A stretch of 64,000 bases of DNA, from contig NC_043018.1 of assembly GCF_006345805.1 (NCBI RefSeq), positions 16,802,001-16,866,000 of the forward strand, in the 5' to 3' direction. Made by a program: the position numbers and the translations under genes. The notes under the pieces were generated by a model. That model was not told where the DNA came from and did not search any database. It saw only the letters and a program-made list of their open reading frames with translations. Source of the stretch: Octopus sinensis (lineage: Eukaryota). Below are positions 37,691-50,248 of this stretch, piece after piece. Positions within the stretch are counted from its first letter, which is position 1. Each line of letters starts with the position of its first letter.

Positions 37691-38289
37691 GTATTTTGCA
37701 TGACATATATGTTTATAAGGCGCCTCTGCTTCAATAAGAAAGAACGTGACTCGTCTATAGGGAACCGAAGGAAATTCCAAGAGGAATTATCTCATTAAAT
37801 GGCTTTTAGCCTAAATGCTATTCACAGCCAAACTGTGTTTACATAAACCAGATGGATTCAGCAATCGTTGTAGACACGGTTCTTCGCTGATAATATGTTT
37901 GGATATTGCCGAATATTTATTCAATTTCAAATATATTTTAGCCAGATTACAGATGATACAAGGACAATCATTTCGTTGTAGACAATAAACAATACTTTTG
38001 TCTTAATTTCTTTTCTTAGAACATCTTCTGTCGTATTTAATGGTAAAAGAAAGTATTTATCTTTACTGAATAGAAATCTATATTTCAAACAGTCACGTCA
38101 TGAGAACAGCCTGGTCTGATAAACCCAAAAAAGCGTGGTTTCGATTCTCAGTAATAACGTTAACGGATTCATGCACACCTGGAAAGATAACAATGTAAAA
38201 TACAGAAAATGATAATTAAACTACAAGTAGTTTACTGCTCTATATTCTAGAGATGACGAATTCTGTACATTATTTACATTGGACGGATA

Positions 38290-38465
38290 TGTGTCCTCAT
38301 CTTGGGTCCGTGCGTATCACGTCAGGGTCGACGATGGGAAGGATGTCTTCCGTTTGCAAATACTGATAGGACACAGAAAGTGTGTCAACAGCCAGCTGGA
38401 GAAGATGTTCTCCTAGGGCTACAAGCTACAGTAGCATCCACCCTTAGTAGTTAGCCACATTTAAG
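38290..38465 (+). mobile_element. Dispersed repeat family H
   Basis: Matches 18140-18310 (reverse complement) and 7900-7980. Confidence 0.65.
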
Positions 38466-38483
38466 TGTCAAATATACTTCACG

Positions 38484-38539
<56 letters not shown>

Positions 38540-39851
38540 GTTTATATATACAGAGCGAGTGTATGAGAGGTATCGGTATGTAGAAGACCCAAAGGGTGGC
38601 AGGTAACGCTAAGTAAGTTTGTCTAGGGCCCTTCTAAAGCGGTACGCCAGTTCGCCTCTAGGGGTGGTGACGACGAACATAACACTCTGGTATTTGTGGC
38701 CTTGAGTTGGCCTTCCATATTTTCTTCTTAGTCTTTTCAATGGTGTTCCATGACTTATAGTATAAAGTTTCTGTCTAATAAATTCATGACCAAGCTATTG
38801 TCCAGTTCGTGACTATGGCATAAAACACTTGTCAAACATACCGTGACCTCGAAACGAACTCAGATCGATGTATTTGCAAGACTATCCCAGTACTATTTAC
38901 CTCTTTCTCATTAACCTTGTCGATTGAGAATGGAAGGAAAACTTATTATTTGACAAGATTTAAAGGCACAATATGAACAGGTGTAACTAAATACCGTTTG
39001 TAGTCTTTTTCTGTTGCCCTTTCATTCGTAATTCTTCATGTCATCATTACTTTATTATCAAGGACTCATAGTTCAGTAATTCGGTATTCCAGCATCTGGA
39101 ATATAATATCAAAGTATCCTGTTCTCAATATTCTCTGATATATTATATTCTCTGATATATTATCAACTTCCTTTGCTCATCAAATTCTATCATCCGACAT
39201 TTTACAGATCTTCTCATTTCGTAACTTATTTTGGGATGTTACAAATGTTTCTCGCTTAACCAATTCTGTCATCGAACAGCTTAGTTATATTAGCAAGCCG
39301 CACAACAAGAGACATAAAACGGTTTCTATGGGGTATTTTCTAGTTTACGTTTCTCTGCCTCCTTTCATTCTTCCTTTTTTTTTTCACTCACTTCTCTTTC
39401 TTTCATTCAATCCTCATTTGATGTCACTTCTGGACACATCCATTTATTCTTATCGAAACTCCAAAATTAATCTCAACACTTCCATGTTTTGCCCCCGGCA
39501 ATTTCAAATGAATTCTATCGAGATTAGACATGTCCAAAGGCACAATTGATATTCACAAAAAATATACAAGACAAAATATTTCCTAAAGCAGTGAAGCTCG
39601 TGTGAAGTGGATAACTAAAATTTACAGAACTTCAAACAAGATATCCGGCCACCTTCACTTTAGGACCTTACCTTCTAAATGAGATCGATAAAATAAATCC
39701 CAACAAATGGGGGAGGGTGATATTAATCAAGTCAGCAATAGATCTGCTATCTCATCACTGAGTTTCCTAGAAATAGCAACCAAATATTTCTCTGTCTCTG
39801 TCTGTCTGTCTCTCTTTCGTCATCGTTAAAGAAGGGGGTCAATATTTGACG

Positions 39852-40314
39852 ATATAGACCTTGATACCCTGTACCTGAAAATGTACCAGCTAGCTATTGA
39901 CACACTTTCTGTGGCATATCAACAATATGGAAGCCAACAATTAACTAGGACTTTTTTTTTTCTAACCACAATATTATCATCTTGTGAATTTAAAGAACTC
40001 CATCAATATAGACCTTGATACCTTGTGCCTGAAAATGTGCCAGCCAGCTATCGACACACTTTCTGTGGCCTATCAACAATATGGACGCCAACAATTAACT
40101 AGGACTTTTTTTTTTCTAACCACAATATTATCATCTTGTGAATTTAAAGAACTCCATCAATATAGACCTTGATACCTTGTGCCTGAAAATGTGCCAGCCA
40201 GCTATCGACACACTTTCTGTGGCCTATCAACAATATGGACGCCAACAATTAACTGGGACTTTTTTTTTTTCTTACCACAATATTATCGTCTTGTGAATTT
40301 AAAGAACTCCATCA
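39852..40314. repeat. 154-bp tandem triplication
   Basis: ATATAGACCTTGATACC starts at 39852, 40006 and 40160. Confidence 0.95.
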
Positions 40315-41387
40315 GAGCGGCCTTCGCTCAGGAATGTTTTCAGCCGTTCTGTTTTGTGGGAGATGTTTATTCTAGCAGAAACGAGTCAGTACCGTGTCGT
40401 TCAGGCATGCAGCTACTCTATATTCATAAATCATACATAAACATCCATCATAATTTTTTTCTCTCCTTTTAATATAATAAATTTTGTTGTTGTTGTCGTT
40501 GCTGTAATGTGTATAGAGAAAGATATATATTAAATGACCTCCAATAAATTTGTATTATCGCTGTTTCCTCTCGTGTATTGCAATCCAGTATACGAGGAAG
40601 ATTTATAGCAGACTCACTGCTATTGTTTTTATTGTTTTTGTGGTTGTTGTTACTGTTGTTGTTGCTTTTATTGTTGTTTTTGTTGTCGCTGTTGTTACTA
40701 TTGTTGCTGTTGCTTTTGTTATTGTTGCTGTTGTTGATGCTGCTGTTGCTAGTGGCTTTGTTCTACCGCTACGTCTGCTGTTGTTATATGGTTGCAGGTC
40801 AGCTTTGTTTCCAACTATGACCATCCCGTATATTTCCGTCTCTTACAATATATCTAGAACAACATCAATCACCAAGTCCTTCATATTCTATGTCCTTCAT
40901 AACTCAGTGATGGTCTTTTGACTGTTATTTCTAGCACTTAATTTCGAGTTTCACGTAAAATGTTGCGGGTTCGAGATCTCGGCTTTCAAACAATAGTTTT
41001 TGGGTTGTGATTTGTTTCAAATTTTTTCAAATTTTAATTTCAATATTAAATTTTCATGAATATTTTCTAGGTTTTTCGTGTAATTTCTCTTAGAAACCAA
41101 AGCCCCTATCGTAGCAACGGTGGGGCGGGAGATCCGCCCCGATCGGCAATCTTATGGGGACGGCAATATTTTGGAAGCTGCTGTAGACAATATGTACTTT
41201 TGTGGTGGTGATAGTGGTGGTGGTGGGGGGGGGGGGGGCAAAGAAGCTGCTTCGTAATGGCAGTGAGGGAGGGAGAGAGAGAAGGTAAAAAGGGAGAGAG
41301 TGTGCAAACAGTTTGCAAATGCAATTGCTACCAGACGAAGACCCAACAGAGCGGACACTAGCAGGTTTATGGGGTCATCAGGTGTTA

Positions 41388-41419
<32 letters not shown>

Positions 41420-41499
41420 TGTTTAAAGGAAATTTAGTTGGTCTTTACAAGCAGATCCAATGAGCGGGAATGCTCTCCTACTTTCGTCTATTTAATAAT

Positions 41500-41905
41500 T
41501 CTTTCTGCTATAGGCACAAGGCCTGAAAATTTCTTTTGTGGCGGGGGCGCTAGTCAATTATATCGACCCCAGTACGCAACTGGTACTTAATTTATCGACC
41601 CCGAAAGAATGAAAGGCAAAGTGGACCTCGGCAGAATTTTAACTCAGAGCGTAGCGATGGGCGAAATACCTATTTCTTTACTACCCACAAGGGGCTAAAC
41701 ACAGAGAGAACAAACAAGGACAGACAAACGGATTAAGTCGATTATATCGACCCCAGTGCGTAACTGGTACTTATTTAATCGACCCCGAAAGGATGAAAGG
41801 CAAAGTCCACCTCGGCGGAATTTGAACTCAGAATGTAGCGGCAGACAAAATGCCGTTAAGCATTTCGCCCGGCGTGCTAGCAATTCTGCCATCTCGCCGC
41901 CTTTC
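41500..41905 (-). mobile_element. Heterodimeric SINE family C (tail-1 unit plus tail-2 unit)
   Basis: 13-bp TSD TCTATTTAATAAT (41487-41499, 41906-41918). Confidence 0.88.
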
Positions 41906-42218
41906 TCTATTTAATAATGAAAGCATGTTGGCGTATACCATTTGTTTTAGTAATGAGGTAACGCTACAATATCCCTACCTCTTGGTTTAATAACGAAGTA
42001 GTTGTCCTGTGTATCTCTTGTCTTAGTAATGAAATACTGTTGTAGTGTAGAATGCAGAATTAAGTACAAGTCAAATAAATTACTTAACCAACGTTTTGGG
42101 AATTTATTTAAATAACAAACGGATTCTTTTCAATTTTGTTGCTGTCATATAGGAAAACCGTAATTGGTGTCTAGACTCCAAATTGATTTGATTGTCTCTA
42201 CGGTAATTTAGTGGTAGT

Positions 42219-42453
42219 AAGGCGGCGAGCTGGCAGAAACGTTAGCACGCCGGGCTAAATGCTTAGCAGTATTTCGTCTGCCGTTACGTTCTGAGTTCAA
42301 ATTCCGCCGAGGTCGACTTTGCCTTTCATCCTTTCAGAGTTGATTAATTAAGTACCAGTGACGCACTGGGGTCGATGTAATCGACTTAATCTGTTTGTCT
42401 GTCCTTGTTTTTCCCCTCTGTGTTTAGCCCCTTGTGGGTAGTAAAGAAATAGG
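42219..42453 (+). mobile_element. SINE family C monomer, tail type 1
   Basis: Full head to tail; flanks TAA(T/C)TTAGTG(G/A)TAGTAA form an imperfect TSD. Confidence 0.88.
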
Positions 42454-42474
42454 TAACTTAGTGATAGTAAAGGC

Positions 42475-42800
42475 ATGGCTGTGCGGTCAAGAGGCTTGCT
42501 TTGTAACCATGTGGCTTCGAGTTCAGTCCTACTGTACGGCACCTTGAGAAAGTCTCTACTACTTTAACCTTCAACGACCGATGGCTTGTGAGTGAATTTG
42601 GTGGGTGGAAATAGTAGGTGTTTCTCTCCTCCAACCACTTGACAACCAGTGTTGGTTTGTATACATCCCCCATAACTTAGAGGTTCAGTAATAGTGACTG
42701 AACGAGCACCTGACTTATAAAATAAGTACCAGTGTCGATTCGTTCGAGTAAAACTCTTCAGTGCAGTACTCCAGCATGGCCGCAGTCCATTTGACTGAAA
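42475..42800 (+). mobile_element. Diverged SINE family A-like
   Basis: GGCTGTG.GG head; CCAGCATGGCCGCAGTC..TGACTGAAA tail. Confidence 0.7.
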
Positions 42801-43449
42801 GAAGAAAACGATAAAAGTTAGAGTTAAAATGTAGTCGATTTGCATTATCTTCACAAACAATACAATTCATTCAATGTGCAAATTGAGGTTTTAATTCAAA
42901 GAATGCGATCAAAACCTTACAAAAACCAAACATGACAACCTTTACATTTTTGCTTTACAAGAGGACGTCTCTATTTTCATTCCACGATGATAATATGTTT
43001 TACAATGAACTATAACATCCTTCGATATAACAGGTTTTTTTCTCCGGCGAAAATATTCTGGAAGACAAGTATTTTTATGGTTATTAAATTATTAAACTTT
43101 AAATATTAAAAATTACACTAGCTCTAGAGATTAACGAATTAATGAATACGTAAGATTGGATTTTCTGGCAAGCAGAGATAAATTTTTCAGTTGCCCGAGT
43201 TAAAATTCTGAAGCTATTTCTTAAAATGACAAACCAACAATAGAATCAAAATGGTCACAGTAAAAAGAATGTTTTAAAACAACAATCGCAGAATAATTTC
43301 ATCTTTATTGCTAACGATGGAAAGATGGTGTATTTTATTTGTCACACAAGCAGTAATTAATTAAAAGCTAGCTAATTAAAGCGTAAACACGAATCTAATC
43401 ATAAATATTCAATTCCGAATTATCTCATGAAGTAGAAAGAACTAAAATA

Positions 43450-43842
43450 TCTCTTTATCTATAAAGTTGAAGTTGTCTGTGTATGGCAGGTTTGGTAGCC
43501 TTCAACTAAAACTATCTCCTCCGAGACCCTGTGGCACAAGTGGACCAAAATTGAGTCTGATAGAAGAAGGTTTTCTCTTCCTTCCGTAGAAGAAAAAATT
43601 CAAATCGGACCATATTAACACCAAAAATTATTTACATCAAAAAGGTGCTTTGTTTTCTATGAAAATCCCTATTTTTTTACAATTTATTTGACTGCTGTGT
43701 CGCTATTTTTCGGTGTATTTCAACCAGAAAAATGTTCACTTAAAGAGGATAACAAGCTACATAAGGCAAAATTTTTCCTTTTCAAAAATTCCATTTCTAA
43801 AGGGTCGAAACAAACCCGAGCAACGCCGGGCAATACTGCTAG
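43450..43842 (+). mobile_element. Non-autonomous Helitron, different internal sequence
   Basis: 5' TC..TTTATCTATAAAG; 3' CCCGAGCAACGCCGGG.AATACTGCTAG|T. Confidence 0.85.
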
Positions 43843-44312
43843 TATATGTTACTCGTAAAATTGAAATCAATCAACTAAATATGTTGTTCCGTTGCAAACC
43901 AAGTGATTGGACTGTTTAAGCCTCTTATTAAAGCTTAGAAAATTGTTGGAAGAGAGCTTGTTTACATCGTGGAAAATTGTTACAGAAGAATGTTAATGCT
44001 GTTATTGCATTTGTCCCTATTGAGAACTCCAATAAGCTGTGGGACTTTTGGTTTCCTCCAGCCACGCTAAAAGTATTTCTGAAATTGGTGCCACTACTGA
44101 CGTGCTTGCGGCAGATCTCTAAGAAAAGTCGTGAGGGTTTTAGTTTAACATTTGCTGGAAGTAGAGATAAAGAAACTAGTTGCATTTGTTGGCGAGGGTA
44201 CAAAAGACAGAAGAAGAAATTTCAGACTTGATAAACACCGGTTGTCAAGCGTTGGTAGGAGACAAAACACACACACATACGCGCGCGCATATGTATACAC
44301 ACACACAAACAC

Positions 44313-44362
<50 letters not shown>

Positions 44363-44618
44363 AAACACACAGACACAAACACACACACACACACATATAT
44401 ATATACACTTGTTTGTTGTTTATACACCTGCCTTCATCTTGTCTTTTTGTAAATTCGAAATATAGGTAAAACTAGATTATTTCATCATGTATATGTAGTA
44501 CACACCTGCACGCGCGTACACACACACACACACACACAATTCAATGTATGTGCTGCATACACATATTTCTAAACAAATCTTCCGTATTCCATTTTAGGTG
44601 TATAAACAACAAAAAATG

Positions 44619-44661
<43 letters not shown>

Positions 44662-44721
44662 GTGTATGTGTGTATGTGTGTGTGTGTGTATGTATGTGTT
44701 TGTGTATGTATGTGTTTGTGT

Positions 44722-44759
<38 letters not shown>

Positions 44760-45274
44760 TGTATTCCATTTTAGTAATGAGGGCCACCAACAGGAAGACA
44801 CGGCGATGAAGATGGCAACAATAAAAACCACAGCATCACCATTATCACAATCGTCAATGGCATTCCAGTAACCCATCGACATGAATTTATCACGAAGACC
44901 AAGTTCCCTAGCAACTTGTAACAGAATCCAATAATTAAAAGCACAGTAACGACAACAACATCAACAAACGATCAAACGTTACAACGAGAAAAAAGACGCT
45001 ACAATAACAACCACAACAACGACAACCACAGCAGCAGCAGCAGCAGCAGAAACTGCTAAAATAATTTCAGCTGCAAAAAAAAAAAAAAAAAAATGGTGAT
45101 AACAGAAAGAACCACGACTGAATGTTTCCGATAATCACAAAACTCTTCTCTCCAGTGTCTTTTTTTTACTGACCTAAATTTAATTGTGGAATTTGGGTCA
45201 ATGGTAGACATAGCAAGATGGACTCTAGTAGATGTAAAAACATGTTGACTATCTGGAAATGTTGGATCAAATGA

Positions 45275-45776
45275 CTTGTCAAAACTTTTGCCGTAATATT
45301 CAGATGTACTCAACAATTTAATCTTTGGAAAGTCTTTTGTTTAAAAAAAAAAGGCTATCTTCAGTTTTGTTGTAGCTGTGGAGCGCAAACCAAAGAAATA
45401 TTAGCTCAGTTAACCCCTCCCATGACAATTAATTTACATTCTATAAACCTACGTCTTCGATGGTTTCTTACTAACGTAAACACACACCTGTTTCGTTGAA
45501 TTTAGGAGTTTACTGTATAAATTTTCTTGTCAAAACTTTTGCCATAATATTCAGATGTACTGAACAATTTAATCTTTGGAAAGTCTTTTGTTTAAAAAAA
45601 AAAGGCTATCCTCAGTTTTGTTGTAGCTGTGGAGAGCAAACCAAAGAAATATTAGCTCAGTTAACCCCTCCCATGACAATTAATTCACATTCTATAAACC
45701 TACGTTTTCGATAGCTTCTTACTAACGTAAACACACACCTGTTTCGTTGAATTTAGGAGTTTACTGTATAAATATT
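45275..45776. repeat. 251-bp direct tandem duplication
   Basis: CTTGTCAAAAC at 45275 and 45526; CTTGT microhomology at the junctions. Confidence 0.95.
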
Positions 45777-45847
45777 CTTGTTGCTGAATAGTTACTCTTT
45801 TCTTTTTCCTTAAACTTTTTCCAGAAAAGATTCAGTTTGAGAGGTAA

Positions 45848-46093
45848 TTAATATGTAATTAAAGAGAGGCGGAAAATACCAGAATCTTTATTGAAAACTA
45901 CAATCGTTTCGACCCATCTAGCATGGAGCCCTCGCGGGTGGCATACTGCAGAACTAGTTAAGGTGTATCCTTCAATGTAGATTTGTCTCCTCGGGTGATT
46001 TCAAGAGGGATCGATGCTACATGGGTCGAAACGATTGTGGTGATTAATAAAGATTCTCGTATCTTCCGTCTCTCTCATTAATTACATACTTAA
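45848..46093. mobile_element. Inverted pair of ~80-bp PLE-like termini
   Basis: 45848-45924 is approximately the reverse complement of 46014-46093; each has GGGTCGAAACGATTG followed by AATAAAG. Confidence 0.65.
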
Positions 46094-46180
46094 CGAACAC
46101 TGCGCCAATGGGCGTGATTCACTCTCAAACTACCAGGTCTATACCATTCGGTTTATTAACTATTATATATATATATATAT

Positions 46181-46591
46181 TGGCTGTGTGGTAAGTAGCT
46201 TGTTTACCAACCACATGGTTCCGGGTTCAGTCCCACTGCGTGGCACCTTGGGCAAATGTCTTCTACTATAGCCTCGGGCCGACCAAAGCCTTGTGAGTGG
46301 ATTTGGTAGACGGAAACTGAAAGAAGCCCGTCGTATATATGTATATATATTTATATGTGTGTGTGCGTGTATGTTTGTATGTTTGTGTTTGTCCCCCTAG
46401 CATTGCCTGACAACCGATGCTGGTGTGTTTATTTCCCCGTCACTTAGCGGTTCGGCAAAAGAGACTGATAGAATAAGTACTGGGCTTACAAAGAATAAGT
46501 CCCGGGGTCGAGTTGATCGATTAAAAGAAAGGCGGTGCTCCAACATGGCCGCAGTCAAATGACTGAAACAAGTAAAAGAGTAGAAAAGAGT
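46181..46591 (+). mobile_element. SINE family A
   Basis: Matches 8215-8643. Confidence 0.9.
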
Positions 46592-46827
46592 AATATATAT
46601 ATGTGTGCGTGTGTGTGTGCATGTGGATATACACACACACACATATATATAATATAATATAATTCTGAACTCCAATACAAAATATAATATTTGGTTCCAT
46701 TAAACCGGCTACACTTAATTTATAGAATGTTTAGGTTTAGTAGAAGTTCAACGGTTAGAAAAGTGCTCTGTGGTATTTGTTCTGGTTCTTTAGATTCTGA
46801 GTTCAAATCCCGCACATGTCAACTTTA

Positions 46828-47850
46828 ATAATATAATGAGATTGTTGTATACAGTGCTGAGGTGCTCTACAGCTAAAAAAAATGTGGTTGATGGATTTCA
46901 GAAAGCATGGAAGTTTTGAAGGATGAAGTGTCTCGACAGCTAACGACTGATGCGGGTGGTTTATTCCATGCTTCCACAATTCTGAATGTGAAAAAATGTT
47001 TCCGAAAGTCATGAGTGCTGTGTTGTTTTTTGATTTTGTAAGCATACCTATTAGTGTTTGACATATGGAATTCAAAAAGGTGCCCAAGGTTGTTGTTGGA
47101 AAGATGGTGGATTATCTTGTGGGTGTCTACCAAGTCAGTTGCCAGACGTCTGAGCTTTAACGTATCCATACCCAGGGAAGCAAGACGTTCGGAGTATGGT
47201 AGCTGCCTGACGGCGGGTATTCGTTTTGTTGCACGTTTCTGAACAGTTTCCAGGAAACTAATATTCCGCGCAACATAGAAGTTCTATAGTGGTGATGCAA
47301 TTCTAAGTATGAACGTAACATTGTCACATACAGTTTTAAATAGATAGCCAGAGAGCGGCTGACAAAGGTCTTACTGAGTGATGCTAAGACACCCTCACCC
47401 TTCTTGACAATCTTAGAGATGTGGTTTGTCCAACGAAGATCGCTGTTTACAATAATACCCAGATCACGTTCGCTAAAAGATTTCTTAAGATTGGTATTTT
47501 TGAGGGGGTATGTAAAAGCTGCTCCCCCACCCACAAAATCATAATGACGCACTTGTCCACAGCTATCTTGAATCATCAGTCAGTTATCCATTGCTGATTT
47601 GTGTCCAGACCTGATTGACAGAAAGATCTATAGCGTATAGGATCTGTTCTTTTTATCTCAACGGATAACTTGATGTCATCTGCATATTTCAACACTAACA
47701 TTGTTCAAGACAGTAACATTCAAGTTGCCACCTATGTCATTAATGTATGCAACAGGCGTCCAAGACCGGATCCCCGTGGTACAGTAGGGGTCCAAGCACG
47801 GATCCCCGTGGTACACCAGATGCTGTCCTAGTATTGTAACTACACCTTTT
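46828..47850 (-). mobile_element. 5'-truncated CR1-clade LINE (RT C-terminal half), decayed
   Basis: GVPRGSVLGP, KYADDIKL, ERDLGIIVNSDLRW..HI..I, LKLRR..DL...HKI, FFTFRIVEAWN motifs. Confidence 0.9.
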
Positions 47851-48076
47851 CTTTGCCTTTTATCTCTTCAGGGTTAGTAAAATATGCACCAATTAAGCTT
47901 TGGGTATCATCTTCCCAAAATTTCAGGCCTTATCTCTATAACAGAAGCAATTATTGTTGTTATTTTAAACAATGCTAGCAAAATGTGAGAGCCTTGTTGA
48001 TTTTATACTGTTAATTCCTTTCGATAAATTTATCAATATTTCGACTCATTCTTCTAAAATTTAAACGTTTGCTCAC

Positions 48077-48299
48077 CGACGATGGCATGGCAAGTACGGA
48101 AATACTCAAATTCAAGTTTTGAGTACGCAATGGACAATATGTCCTTTCAAAAAGCTCTGCCTTGAAATTCTCAAGCATAGCTAAATCTTTTTCAGTCAAT
48201 GAAGTTGTAGGCACAGGAGAAAATGTACGTAGATTCACTACTACCCTGTCGCCACACCTGCTAAAAAGGAATGCAACTCGATTGTTGCTGAAGCCAAGC
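48077..48299 (-). CDS. Candidate exon within a 108-aa non-repetitive ORF
   Basis: Acceptors tgtctctttag or ttcctttttagcag; donor TCG|gtgagc; no recognised domain. Confidence 0.25.
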
Positions 48300-48315
48300 C
48301 TAAAGAGACACTTCG
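48196..48315 (+). CDS. Candidate 120-nt phase 1-1 exon
   Basis: tctttttcag|...G|gtgagt; only one open frame (NEVVGTGENVRRFTTTLSPHLLKRNATRLLLKPSLKRHF). Confidence 0.25.
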
Positions 48316-49225
48316 GTGAGTTTATACAAAGAGGCAACCACAGTAATCATGACAACAAAAGCAACTGCAAAAAGAAAAAAAGAAAAGAAAGCAAGAGCAG
48401 AATCGACCCATCTAAGACAGTCAACACAATCACCACCACCACCATTACTACCAGGAATAATAACAACAATAACAACAATGAGAACAAGAACGATAGAGCG
48501 AAAACAATAAGAGCAACTGTAAAATCTAGAAAAGCAACATCAAATCTCCTGTAAGAACGTCCTCAGAATCAGGCTTTTGCTGACGTAATACAAACATGGA
48601 TTCATTTAGAAGAGAATACGGGGTTTCAGTTTAAAACTCATTGCCTAGCTGGGCCGGACTTAACAAAGCCTTTCCCAAAAATCGACTGAAAAAAAAAATG
48701 AAAAGAAGACCTCTCATCTTCCGTATTTGACTCATACGCACGCATGCGCATGTGCACACGCACTGACAAACACAAACACACACACACATACACACGCATA
48801 CACACGCACACACACAGACACACACAAGCACAAACACACAGACACACACACAAACCAGACTTTACTTTGCCCTTCTGAATCCTTCTCAAATAACGAAGAA
48901 AAATATTAGGAAAGTCGGTAGTGACTAGTAGTCACGAGAAATCCCCCAAAACAGAGGGCAAAAGGCCAAAGCCGCACCAAAAAAACAGAACCGGAGACGA
49001 TGTCACTTAAAAATCAGTTTTACACTCTACTTTTCTTTTTTCTTTCGTTTAACTCGTCTGAAATGGAGATATGACGTCAATTCTAACATTAACCTCTTGT
49101 CAACGATTTCAATATTCGGTCATTCGTGTTCTCTTCTTCTTTTCCTGTTTGTAAGAAAATCCCTCTAGCATTCGGCTTCAGCGTTTGGTAGCGGTAGTGA
49201 GCCTCCGTTTTTGATCCCCTAGAGG

Positions 49226-49410
49226 CGAGCAAAATACATTGTGACATTTAAATGCATCCTTTTGCGATCAGCATTCAAATCCTTCGGAGATCGATTGTAT
49301 ATTCCCAGTGAAAAGAAGTACGAATAAAGTAGGGATAAAATAAAGTACGGATGAAATAAAGTACAAGTCAGCCACTAAGGTTGATCGAATTGACTTTACC
49401 TTTACTCTTT
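49226..49410 (+). mobile_element. Dispersed repeat family J
   Basis: Clearly similar to 54505-54680; ends GACTTTACCTTTAC. Confidence 0.75.
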
Positions 49411-49599
49411 TACGTTTATACAAAACCAAAATGTTTGAAGAAATTCCAATGTATTTTTGCAGCAATCTTCTGCGTACATATTTGCAGTGATTTTCATATC
49501 ACTGTGGATATTCCGATATCTGAGCAATAGTCTCACTTGAGCCATCGCACATTCTTCGTTTATTTGAGCAGACATGCTCATATCTGTCATCTTCCTGGT

Positions 49600-49800
49600 G
49601 ATTGCAGAATCGTTAGTATGCCGTGCAAAATGCTCAGCGGCACTTGTCTGTCTTTACGTTCTGAGTTCAAATTCCGCCAAGGTTGACTTTACCTTACATC
49701 TTTTCGGTGTTGATAAAATAAGTACCAGTCATGTAACCGGGGCAGATGTAATCGATTTCCCCCTTCCCCAAATTCAGGCTTTGCGCCTGTAGAAAGGATT
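49600..49800 (+). mobile_element. SINE family C, tail type 2
   Basis: Core motifs; tail runs into a minisatellite. Confidence 0.75.
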
Positions 49801-50248
49801 ATTTTTTATTATTAGAAAGGATTATTATTATTAGAAAGGATTATTGTTATTATTTGAAAGGATTATTATTATTAGAAAGGATTATTGTTATTATTATTAG
49901 AAAGGATTATTATTATTATTAGAAAGGATTATTATTATTAGAAAGGATTATTATTATTATTAGAAAGGATTATTATTATTAGAAAGGATTATTCTTATTA
50001 TTAGAAAAGATTATTATTATTAGAAAGGATTATTGTTATTATTATTTGAAAGGATTATTATTAGAAAGGATTATTATTATTAGAAAGGATTATTATTATT
50101 ATTAGAAAGGATTATTGTTATTATTAGAAAGGATTATTATTATTAGAAAGGATTATTGTTATTATTAGAAAAGATTATTATTATTAGAAAGGATTATTAT
50201 TATTAGAAATTATTATTATTATTAGAAAGGGTTATTGTTATTATTATT
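49790..50248. repeat. TAGAAAGG(ATT)n variable-unit minisatellite, ~20 units
   Basis: Direct. Confidence 0.95.

Noticed and set aside
41122-41140. GGGGCGG/CCGCCCC palindrome
   Set aside because: Only 7 bp, with no other promoter evidence.
43928-44231. Overlapping 84-91-aa ORFs on both strands
   Set aside because: No motif recognised; could be a decayed transposon but unsupported.
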